A stretch of 64,000 nt of DNA from an uncultured Bacillota bacterium. Its GTDB lineage: Bacteria > Bacillota_I > Bacilli_A > RFN20 > CAG-288. Positions 46,165 through 54,603 of the stretch are shown one piece after another. Within the stretch, counting starts at the first letter, position 1. Every line of letters begins with the position of its first letter. Location of the stretch: positions 10,821 to 74,820 of the forward strand of contig CASESG010000004.1 of the NCBI GenBank assembly GCA_949290645.1. Reading direction: 5' to 3'. Position numbers and translations under genes: made by a program. The notes beneath the pieces are model-generated. The model saw only the letters and a list, made by a program, of their open reading frames with translations, searched no databases and was not told the origin of the DNA.

Positions 46165-47979
46165 TTAGAGCCTCTTGATGAGCTTGCCGACGTTGTGACG
46201 CGTCAGCGGGAACTTCTCCTTTCCGTACGTCTCGTCGATCAGATCCAGAAGGTCGAGAAGACCCTGGCGGACATAATCCTCGAAACGGCCCTCGAGCTTG
46301 TAGAGGACCTTGCGGGCAAAGAGGAAGTCAAGCGCGTCTTCCTTTGTTCCTCCGCAGCTGACATAGACCGGGACAAGGATCTCGATCTGGTTGAGGACAC
46401 GGTTACCGAAGGTGATGTCGAAGGTGTCCGAGAGGAAGGAGATGAGCTTGGCGAAGCGGGCGAAGTCCTCCTTCGTCAGGCGATTGCTCTCGGTCGAGAG
46501 AGCCTTGGCATAGAGGGCGTTGAGTCCCTTATAGGTCAGATGGATCGGAGCGACCTCTCCCTCGACCTCGAAAGGTTCGTTGCGGTCGTCGAAGGAAATC
46601 GTGATGGCACGGTCATAGACCTTGTCGGTGATGGTGTAGGTCGAGTCGTCCTTGTTGGCCGTTCCGATGAACCAGGTGTTCTCCGGGATCTTCAGGACGC
46701 CGTTCTCGAGATGGCTGGGCCCCTCGAATTCATAGGGAACCTGAAGGATGCGGAGCTTCCACTTGTCGATCGGGTATTCCATGATGGAGAGGAAGTCGGC
46801 GAAGTAGTATTCGACACGGGAGATGTTGACCTCGTCCAGGACCATGATGTTGATGTCGTTGGGGCGATAGGTCATCTGATACAGACGCTTGAGGAAGTCC
46901 GTCTCGTTGTACTTGCGGGAGAAGTCGTTGAAGAAGCCGAGCAGGGAAGTGCGGTCTCTCCAGGAAGCCTGGACCGGCTCGAAGAAAGATTCCTCTCCGA
47001 TGTATTCGGAGAAGTAACGGGCCAAGGAAGACTTACCCGTTCCCGAGAGGCCTTCCAGGATCAACAGACGGCTGGCCGCCATGCCCGAGAGGAAGGCGCG
47101 GATCGTGTCGATGGAGAAGTAGAGACCCTCGTTCTTCGCCAAGTAGCGACGGAAGTCCTCCGAGATCTCCCTGAGGGAGAGAGTCGTCTCGCTCTGGTTG
47201 AGCGGAGTCCTTGTCTCCTCGACCTCGTCGATCGTGCAAAGGCCAGGGAAGACATATTCCTTGGAGCCAAGCTCCGCTTCCGTCTGCTCGTCCTTCTCCT
47301 CCCCGTCCAGAGAGTTCGTCAGGTTGGAAAGGGCCGAGGAGGAAGGCCCCAAGGCCGAAGCCAGGGACAATCCATCGGCCGAGGCCAGAGTCGGTTCCTG
47401 CTTGTTATCCTGCTCATCGTCGATATCTTCCGTATCCTCGCCCTTGTTGAAGCGGAAGGGCTTGTCGATGTTGCGGAAATTGACGACCATCATGCAGAAG
47501 AAGAGAATCGGCAAGGCCAGGACGACGAAGAGCAGAGTGCCGATCAAGAGAGACTCGCCGAAGAAGAGGAAGCTGTTTCCGATCGCTCCCTCGCCCCTTC
47601 CGATCTGAGCCAGGAAGGAAAGGCCCAGCCAGAGAACGGCGCCTCCGAAGAAGGTCAAGGAGTAGATCAGGATCCACTTGGGAGTGAACAGCTTCTTTTC
47701 ATAAAACATGGCCAGGCGCATCTCGTAGATCAAGGCGCCGGCACAAAGGAATGCGTACACGCAGAACAGTCCCAAGACCATCCAGCCCTCGAAGCTGACC
47801 GATACCGAAGGAAGCTTCAGCATGGAAAACAGCACCTTCCGGAGCGGGCTGTTTTCGCTGATCAGGGCATTTCCCGTGTCGGCGAAGAATCCCGAGCCAG
47901 CCACGAACAACAGATAGAAGAACAGCAACGACAGGAAGATGTAGTTCTTCCTTGTAAAATGAGTCTTTCGTTTCTTCAT
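46165..47979 (-). CDS. Membrane-anchored McrB-family AAA+ (AAA_5) NTPase
   Basis: The N-terminal 170 aa or so contain 4 TM helices, followed by an acidic linker. The NTPase core reads LEGLSGTGKSS (P-loop), VLDEVNISRVEYYFADFLS (Walker B / McrB signature), WFIGTANKDDST, DKVYDRA. GGGAGG RBS; ATGA overlap with the sipW stop. Confidence 0.75.
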   Translation of the reverse strand: MKKRKTHFTRKNYIFLSLLFFYLLFVAGSGFFADTGNALISENSPLRKVLFSMLKLPSVSVSFEGWMVLGLFCVYAFLCAGALIYEMRLAMFYEKKLFTPKWILIYSLTFFGGAVLWLGLSFLAQIGRGEGAIGNSFLFFGESLLIGTLLFVVLALPILFFCMMVVNFRNIDKPFRFNKGEDTEDIDDEQDNKQEPTLASADGLSLASALGPSSSALSNLTNSLDGEEKDEQTEAELGSKEYVFPGLCTIDEVEETRTPLNQSETTLSLREISEDFRRYLAKNEGLYFSIDTIRAFLSGMAASRLLILEGLSGTGKSSLARYFSEYIGEESFFEPVQASWRDRTSLLGFFNDFSRKYNETDFLKRLYQMTYRPNDINIMVLDEVNISRVEYYFADFLSIMEYPIDKWKLRILQVPYEFEGPSHLENGVLKIPENTWFIGTANKDDSTYTITDKVYDRAITISFDDRNEPFEVEGEVAPIHLTYKGLNALYAKALSTESNRLTKEDFARFAKLISFLSDTFDITFGNRVLNQIEILVPVYVSCGGTKEDALDFLFARKVLYKLEGRFEDYVRQGLLDLLDLIDETYGKEKFPLTRHNVGKLIKRL

Positions 47980-48941
47980 TTCTTCTCTTCCTCCCTTTCT
48001 CCGTCATCCGTCCCTTCTCTCTTCCCGTCTTCTTCTTTCTCGCCCTTCTCTCCCGTCAGGGGGAGGAGGGCGTACGTCTTGTCCCGATAGGTCAGTTCCT
48101 CCTGGAACCGGACCGTGACCTTCTCCCGGCTCTCCTCGTCCTTCGCATCGAAGGGGAGCTCCGAAAGCAGGTATTCCTTCCGCTGTTCCAAGGCCTGTTC
48201 GTACTTCGAGGAGAAGCGATCGAACATCACGAAGCAATAGAGGATGGAGACGATCGTGATGATTCCGGCATTGGACTGCAGGAAGACGATCAAGGATCCG
48301 ACGCCCTGGATGCGGAAGCCGTTGTAGCGCCCCAGGATGTCGTCATAGGAGAGCAGGCCTTCGTAGGTCAGTCCCGTGTCCGACGCCGCATTGGCGTCTC
48401 CGCGGGTGACGTAGCCTCCTTCGCGGATCTCGACGATGCGGTGGACGATGATCTCTCCTTCCATGCTCCGATAGGCGACGACGTCGTAGAGCTGAACCTC
48501 TTCTGGGCTGCGGTACCGTTCGATGCCGATGATGTCGTAGGCATCGAACTGGTTGTCGAGTCCGTTGTCGAACAGATAGTCGTTCTCGTCGTTCTTCTCC
48601 GACATCGACCCCGTTGCAATGACAAGGGGCGCCTTGTCTCCGAAGAAGAGGACGCCCGAATTGAACCGTGCCACCAACGTCATGACGAAGAAGGCAGCCA
48701 CCAGGGCCAGGACCACGTATCCCGCAATCTTGAAGGACAGGGTCAAGGCCTTCTTCTTCCTGTCGCCGCTCTTCTCCTCGCTGATGGCAATGTCTTCCAG
48801 AAGGGCCGGGTCTTCCCGGCCCGTCAGGACGTTGTCCGTCTCCGAACGATAGTAATGCCGGAAGAGGAACGTGAAGGCCACGCAAAAGCTCAGAAGGCAG
48901 ACAATGGTGACAACCAGAGAAATGATTTCAATGGAAGACAT
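47976..48941 (-). CDS. sipW: Signal peptidase I, archaeal/SipW type (S26B), with extra N-terminal TM region and acidic C-terminal tail
   Basis: Catalytic blocks ATGSMSE (Ser), IVHRIVE (His) and TRGDANAASD match the SipW pattern SGSMEP / HRIV / KGDNN..D. A C-terminal TM is followed by a roughly 90-aa Glu/Lys-rich tail. Confidence 0.75.
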   Translation of the reverse strand: MSSIEIISLVVTIVCLLSFCVAFTFLFRHYYRSETDNVLTGREDPALLEDIAISEEKSGDRKKKALTLSFKIAGYVVLALVAAFFVMTLVARFNSGVLFFGDKAPLVIATGSMSEKNDENDYLFDNGLDNQFDAYDIIGIERYRSPEEVQLYDVVAYRSMEGEIIVHRIVEIREGGYVTRGDANAASDTGLTYEGLLSYDDILGRYNGFRIQGVGSLIVFLQSNAGIITIVSILYCFVMFDRFSSKYEQALEQRKEYLLSELPFDAKDEESREKVTVRFQEELTYRDKTYALLPLTGEKGEKEEDGKREGTDDGEREEEKK

Positions 48942-48978
48942 TCAGAAAAAGCGAAAGAACGATCCTCGCTCTCCTGAT

Positions 48979-49653
48979 TTATGCCGTGACAGCGGCAATC
49001 GAAATGGAAATCTGATTGTCGTTATAGCCAGCAACCGCGTTGAGCGCATTGACGGCGTCGTCCAACGTCTTCCCCGTCTTTCCGCCGAAGTAGTCTTCCG
49101 GATTGGCCGGATTGTGGTTATTGAAATACGAACCCCAGGCGAACTCGACCGTGACGGTCAAGGTCGTTCCCGAATAGGAAGGAGTGATCGTCGCTTCGCC
49201 GCTCGCCGTTTCGCTGGCAGCCGCAACCGTTCCGTTTGTGACCGTGGCGATAGTGACCGCAGTCCCGGTGGTGCAGGGCGTGACGATGTATTCGGAATTC
49301 CAGCTCGGCCAGGTCGGAGTCATCGTAACCGTGCCGTTTGCCGTGGCGACTGCCGTAACATCGATGGTGAAGGCAAAGGACATGTCTTCCGTAGATGTCT
49401 CACTCCTGATCGCTCCCGCGTCATCCTCGACAGGGCCGAACCTGACGGTTCCATTGCTAGGATCCAACGCCGGCGTTCCCAAAGTGATCGTTCGGCGATC
49501 GTCGACGTTGTCCGCCGTCACGCTGATGTTGTCCAAAGTCTGACTTGTTTCCGTGGAAATCACCCACGAGGCATAGCCGATGCCGGCCGTGGCAACGGCG
49601 GCGCAGGAGATGAGGGAGATGGCAAACAGCTTCTTATGCTTGATCTTCTTCAT
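48979..49653 (-). CDS. Small secreted protein (224 aa) with the GYASWVI motif; paralog of 49675..50445
   Basis: AAAGGAG RBS. N-terminus MKKIKHKKLFAISLISCAAVATAGIGYASWVIS. Shares a C-terminal block (F.WGSYF...NP..Y) with the upstream gene. Confidence 0.85.
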   Translation of the reverse strand: MKKIKHKKLFAISLISCAAVATAGIGYASWVISTETSQTLDNISVTADNVDDRRTITLGTPALDPSNGTVRFGPVEDDAGAIRSETSTEDMSFAFTIDVTAVATANGTVTMTPTWPSWNSEYIVTPCTTGTAVTIATVTNGTVAAASETASGEATITPSYSGTTLTVTVEFAWGSYFNNHNPANPEDYFGGKTGKTLDDAVNALNAVAGYNDNQISISIAAVTA

Positions 49654-49674
49654 GATTTCTTTCTCCTTTCTTGC

Positions 49675-50445
49675 TTAGGCAACGTTTTCCGTCAAGGTGG
49701 AAGTCAGGATCAGGTCCGCGCTGTCGGAATCCTCGCCCGTGATGGCTTCGTTCATCTTGTTCAGCTCATCGATGACGCCCTGCAGGTGCGCCGCGTTTGC
49801 CGCCGACAGCGTTCCCTTCTGGAACAGGCCGTTGTAATACGTCATCGGGTTCAACGCGTCGAAGTAGCTTCCCCACGTGAAGGTCAAGGTCTGACCGCTC
49901 AGCGTCGCAAGATAGGTCCCGTCCGACTGCTCCTCGAAAGCGTCCTTCGCAATCGTGACGGCCGCCGGAGCCTCCAAATAGGTGAAGCTCTCCTCATCAC
50001 GAATGTTCAGCGTATCGTCCGAGGTCGTGACTTTGCCGGTCGAAGTCTCATCGAAGGCGAAGGTGACAGTCACGCCGCTGTCCAGCAGGCTGTTCACGTA
50101 GTCGGCACCCGCCGTGACCGTGATCGTCGCCGTCACGGTAAGGTCTTCGTTGCGCGAAGATGCGTCTTCTCCGAGGGTCACGACGGAGGACGTGATGCTG
50201 GAATCCGCTCCCGAGGTGTCCTTTCCGCCCAGGAAGAGGGCCTTCTCGGTCAGATTCACGGCCAGGGTCACCGAATCGTTGCGGGCCGTATCGACGGCGA
50301 CGGTCACATCGTCCTTGTCGTTTCGGATCTGATTGCCGATGATCCAGGTTGCGAATCCGGTCGCGATAAGCGTAACGGACGCAAAGCCGATGATGCCACC
50401 AGCAATCCACTTCTTCCTTCCAACGGATTTGTTGTTTTTCGGCAT
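49675..50445 (-). CDS. Small secreted protein (256 aa) with the GFATWII motif; first gene of the operon
   Basis: Start was re-picked at ATG 50445 (AAAGGAGAACACT-ATG). N-terminus MPKNNKSVGRKKWIAGGIIGFASVTLIATGFATWIIGN. Contains TFTWGSYFDALNP. Confidence 0.85.
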   Translation of the reverse strand: MPKNNKSVGRKKWIAGGIIGFASVTLIATGFATWIIGNQIRNDKDDVTVAVDTARNDSVTLAVNLTEKALFLGGKDTSGADSSITSSVVTLGEDASSRNEDLTVTATITVTAGADYVNSLLDSGVTVTFAFDETSTGKVTTSDDTLNIRDEESFTYLEAPAAVTIAKDAFEEQSDGTYLATLSGQTLTFTWGSYFDALNPMTYYNGLFQKGTLSAANAAHLQGVIDELNKMNEAITGEDSDSADLILTSTLTENVA

Positions 50446-50583
50446 AGTGTTCTCCTTTATGTCTATAGCCAATATAAGATTAGGATACATTTGACCGCTG
50501 GAATCGTCAAATCGCTTTCAAGCTCGAAGACAGATAATGACGCGGCTTTTCGGCCAAGATTGTAAAATTTCCAGAAATCCAGA

Positions 50584-50592
50584 CCCCCCCCC
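50584..50592. repeat. Homopolymeric C9 (G9 on the operon strand), about 140 nt upstream of the first operon gene
   Basis: Read directly: aga ccccccccc gac at 50581-50595. No ORF crosses it. Confidence 0.95.
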
Positions 50593-51372
50593 GACAAATT
50601 TTAGCTTTTTGCTCTCAAATAATCAGGATCAATCGAGGCTGTTTTCAATTAACTTTTTTTCACGATAAATAAACAAACGATCAAGTTTTCGTTTTCTTTT
50701 TCGAACTTTTCGTGAATATCATTTCCATCGCTTCCTTATTTCGCATCTCGTCAATCAGTTATTCTTTTGTTTTCAATCGTCCACGGAAATCGAAAGACTC
50801 AATTCTTTTAGACATTCTTGTTGTTTTGTCAGTTCTGGCGATATATGGCAATGATGAGTGTACGAACCTTAATCTCCTCTCAAATTGGAGCATTCCGATT
50901 GGATATGAACACGGACAAAAAAGAAGAATTCCGTCATCGGAAAAGCATCAATCCGCTTGCGATAATATCGTTTTCTGAGACATGCCTTTCCTTCATATGC
51001 ACATGGCTTCACAAAGTTGATACGAAAGATCTGTCAAAGAACATACAAAAGAGGGGGGCTTTAAACCATTGAAATGACATATATATAAAATCTCAAATAT
51101 TTTGCAATAGGTTGTTAGTTGTATAATACCTTTCATTAAAATTATTTTATCTTTTCTTCTCGATTGTCAATTAAATTGTTTAAATTGTGGAGATACTCTA
51201 AGGCTCTTTCAAAGGACGCAAGGCCTTTTCCGAAAGCCACCTAGAACTAATTGCGAACAATATGCAAACTTGCGAAACGGCTATTGAATTTCTCAAAGCG
51301 AAAAAATGGACGCCTTAGAAATTATCTAGAAATTTTATCGTTTTTTCGATAGCTATCGAAAGATATCAAACG

Positions 51373-51735
51373 TCAGTTCTGGCTTCTCTTCCGGTCGTTG
51401 TAGATGTCCTCATCCTTCTCGGAGACATGCTCCAAACCCGTCCGGAAGAGATCCTTGATGTGGTTGTCCGTCAAGACATAGAGAACCTGCTTCCCCTTTC
51501 GATAGTAGGTGACGATGTCATGCTTCCGAAGGACCTGGAGCTGGTGAGAGACACGGCTCTGGGAGAGATTGAGGATCTCCGAGATGTCGTTGACACAGAG
51601 CTCATGCTTCAAAAGCAAAGAGACAATCGAGAGCCTTGTCGCATCCCCGAAGATGGAGTAGAAGGAAGAGAGTGTCTCAATGCTCTTTGCGGAAAGAAGC
51701 TGATCCTGAATCGTCTTTTTCGTTTCGTTGTCCAT
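51373..51735 (-). CDS. ArsR/SmtB-family transcriptional regulator
   Basis: Winged HTH FGDATRLSIVSLLLKHELCVNDISEILNLSQSRVSHQLQVLRKHDIV. Start was re-picked at ATG 51735 (MDNETKK). Confidence 0.8.
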   Translation of the reverse strand: MDNETKKTIQDQLLSAKSIETLSSFYSIFGDATRLSIVSLLLKHELCVNDISEILNLSQSRVSHQLQVLRKHDIVTYYRKGKQVLYVLTDNHIKDLFRTGLEHVSEKDEDIYNDRKRSQN

Positions 51736-52195
51736 AATGACATTATAGTCCGTAGCGAGAAACAAGGAAAAGGACGCTTTGCACGATCTTCATTCCAATC
51801 GAGTCTCTCAATGCTCTTCTCAAATCCTCCGTCGTTGCCATTGAACTTTTGACAAGAGAAAGAGCGACACAATCGTATTGCTGACGAACACCTCCGAATC
51901 TTTTGAACTATAGTTGAAGTGCAACATCGTGAGCTTTTGACAGCATTCAAAACCATGATAGCACTGACCCATTTGGCAGGCTTCAAGCATCCGAAATGAA
52001 GTCCCTCCATTTCTTTCTTCGACCAGCGAGAACTTTCCGCGGTTGTGTTTGTTCACTCTCCCACTTGCGAAAAGACGAATGTCAAAAAAAGTCGCGAATG
52101 CCCCCATCAAAATGGGTTATGCTCGAATGCTCTATGAGATTGTAGCATGCGATGTAAGAGGACAGCCAAACAATAAATAATAGGATGGTGACGTA

Positions 52196-53234
52196 ATGAC
52201 TAAAAAGAAAGACAACAAACTGCAGATTCAAAACAGCACAGTGGATTTCCTTGTGATTGCAAAAGACGCTCACGAGGACGGCATAGAAGTCCGTGTTCAA
52301 AGTCACGATGTATGGCTGACACAAAAGGCAATCGGCCAGCTTTTTGATGCGGACAGGAGCGTTGTTGCATAGCATCTCAAGAACATTTATGAGAGCGGCG
52401 AATTGTTCGAAGACTCAACTTGTGCAAATTTTGCACAAGTTGCAGAGAACGGAAAAACATCAATACAAATTTTATTCTCTGCCCGCTATTATCGCCGTCG
52501 GTGACCGGGTCAACTCCAGCAGGGCGACAGAATTCCGACAATGGGCAGCAAAGGTATTGGATACCTTTGCCAAACAGGGATATGTCTTGGATAAAAGCAG
52601 ACTGATGAATGGCCAAATCTTCGATGAGGATTATTTTGACCACCTGATTTCCGAGATACAGGAAATCAGGGCAAGTGAACGCCGCTTCTACCAGAAAACC
52701 ACAGATATTCAACGGCGCAGAACAAGAGGCATTATGCCGTTCGGAAATACAGCAGCCGAAATTATTGTGGCAAGGACAAATCGTACAAAGGAACATATGG
52801 GTTTGACATCTTGGCGCAACGCTCCTAACGGGAAAATCGTAAACGCCGATGTATCAATCGCAAAAAATCTACTTATCGGCGGAAGAGAGGAAGAAGCTAA
52901 ACGAGATTGTCACGATGTATCTGGACTACGCTACAAGGCAGGCCAGACGGCATATTCCCATGACAATGGCCGATTGGGCTTCCAAACTAGATGCGCTTCT
53001 GCAATTCACCGATGTCGAGATTTTACAGGACAAAGGGAAGTCACAGCAACAATCGCCAAATCATTTGCAGAAAGTGAATTTGAGAAATACCGAATCATCC
53101 AAGATCGTTTGCACCAAAGCGATTTTGACCGTCTAGTAGCCAGCGTGAATAAAGAAAAAGAATCTCAGCAACACCTCGGGGAAGAGGAAAACGCGGCAAG
53201 AGAAAAGAAGCAACTCGAAAATAGTGAAGTGTAA
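52196..53234 (+). pseudogene. RhuM-family (virulence-protein-like) gene with an in-frame TAG and at least two frameshifts
   Basis: Frame 1 reads MTKKKDNKLQIQNSTVDFLV...VWLTQKAIGQLFDADRSVVA*HLKNIYESGEL (TAG at 52370-52372). The sense continues in a second frame (AIIAVGDRVNSSRATEFRQWAAKVL...ASERRFYQK) and then a third (EERKKLNEIVTMYLDYA). Confidence 0.7.
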
Positions 53235-53429
53235 AGGCCGAATCTAGTGAAATAGATGTCTGCTAGTCTCAAGTAAAATCTAAAATTGATACGTTTTAAA
53301 TTTTCAAAGCAAAATTAAGTAATTTAAAGAATTATATTATGAAAGCATCTTCTGATAGTTTTGTTAAATCAAACGTTTCATAATCTTACCATTTTGCACG
53401 GATGAGAAATACATAATAACGATTATGGG

Positions 53430-53740
53430 ATGGAGTTTTACCACGCAGAATATATCGATGTGGCCAAAGAATGGGCTTGCGACCAGCTTATCTGTGGGTA
53501 TGCAAGCAAGTATTCCATCGGCAGGACCGGTCTCAAGATTCTCGATCTCAATTCAAAGGATGCAACATCCTCCATTGTTTCTCTGCGCTCCTACAAAATC
53601 GCAAAGGGACAATCCAAGCGGACATCGAAGAAGGCATGGACGACATCCTTCGCAATTTCCCTGCTGATGTCAAAAACATCGATGTGATCATCGACCATTG
53701 CGCAGAAGATTCCTATTTTTCTTTCACAAGAGATTTTTAA
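53430..53740 (+). pseudogene. Frameshifted gene fragments, family uncertain
   Basis: MEFYHAEYIDVAKEWA... continues in another frame as ...IEEGMDDILRNFPADVKNIDVIIDHCAEDSYFSF. AT-rich, non-host codon usage. Confidence 0.25.
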
Positions 53741-54180
53741 GCAATACGATCAGCGTCGAGCGCCTCTCACAGACGACGCGGCTCGGGAATCTCGGCAATC
53801 AAATCATCATCAAACCCAAGCTCGCATTTTCCAAGTTGAAATTCATCGGCTGTGAAAAAGCATCGCAGTACGCTACCCGCTTTGCAAGAACCGTGACGTG
53901 CTTTTAAGAAAAGTCTATCTCTCCAATCGGAGTTCTTCGTCTTTTGAAGGCCTCTTTCTCATCGGCCTGATCCGAGGAGGAATCAAATCCAATAATCCAC
54001 GCTCACAATGAAATCTATCTTTCCGATGTCATGTGAAATCTCGCCGCACTCTTCGACATCGCCAGCAGCGGGATGGAATTCCAGACCGACGAAATTGCGA
54101 CAAAGTTCGTCTCCTCCGTGGTCGCAAGCGGAATCGAATCCGGAAACCCCAAATAGCTTTCAAGAAAATCGGCCGCAGAG

Positions 54181-54603
54181 ATGCTATCCGAGATCCTTGG
54201 CCAAGACATCGTCTATAACCGGGTTCCAATGGAGCGTTCCCCCGAATATTGGGCAGGCTGGTTCCTCGCCTATTTCAAATGGTATCTAAACAAATCCTTC
54301 AAGGAGTTTCTGGATGTCGTGCCATTGCATGCACTCATCTTGAGATACTCTCCCTATCATGAGACTCCCGAAGAAAAGACCGACGAACGGATCGAAGAAC
54401 AGTTGCCAATCCAAAACAAGCCGACCTATTCCAGAGAACTTCGCAAGCTCCCAAAAAGACAGCTGTCCGTCTTGAGCGGTGTTCCCGTTCGCTCGATCAA
54501 TTGCTATGAGCAGGATTGTGCTCTTCTTCGGAAAGCACAAGCGGAAACCTTATACGCCATTGCCAAAACCTTGGATTGCACCATCGAAGACCTGCTCAAT
54601 TGA
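54181..54603 (+). CDS. XRE-type HTH domain protein (possibly the 3' part of a gene disrupted by in-frame TGA and TAG upstream)
   Basis: The C-terminus is an HTH (LSVLSGVPVRSINCYEQD...LYAIAKTLDCTIEDLL). The same frame upstream reads ...NLAALFDIASSGMEFQTDEIATKFVSSVVASGIESGNPK*LSRKSAAE-M..., with TAG at 54154-54156 and TGA at 54034-54036. Confidence 0.5.
   Translation: MLSEILGQDIVYNRVPMERSPEYWAGWFLAYFKWYLNKSFKEFLDVVPLHALILRYSPYHETPEEKTDERIEEQLPIQNKPTYSRELRKLPKRQLSVLSGVPVRSINCYEQDCALLRKAQAETLYAIAKTLDCTIEDLLN

Noticed and set aside
44781-47979. Reading the McrB-like/McrC-like pair as an ordinary inserted type IV restriction cassette.
   Set aside because: Not fully excluded, but several points argue against autonomous mobile defence. 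Both genes share the host-like codon bias and overlap their neighbours by ATGA. The NTPase is fused to four TM helices, and no nuclease motif is visible in the partner.
32832-50445. Interpreting the shared N-terminal motif as a type IV pilin / archaeal class III signal.
   Set aside because: There is no G/A-F-T-L-I-E-like cleavage box. The motif lies at the C-terminal end of the hydrophobic helix rather than before it. No prepilin peptidase or secretion ATPase (PilB/TadA) is encoded, whereas an S26B SipW-type peptidase is.
51766-52195. ORFs 51609..52010 (-), 51820..52110 (-) and 52082..52375 (-) in the ArsR-RhuM spacer, and 50712..51072 (+) upstream.
   Set aside because: They are short and overlap each other. 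They have no RBS, and their composition is Cys/Phe/Ser-rich and AT-biased, typical of random ORFs in AT-rich spacers.
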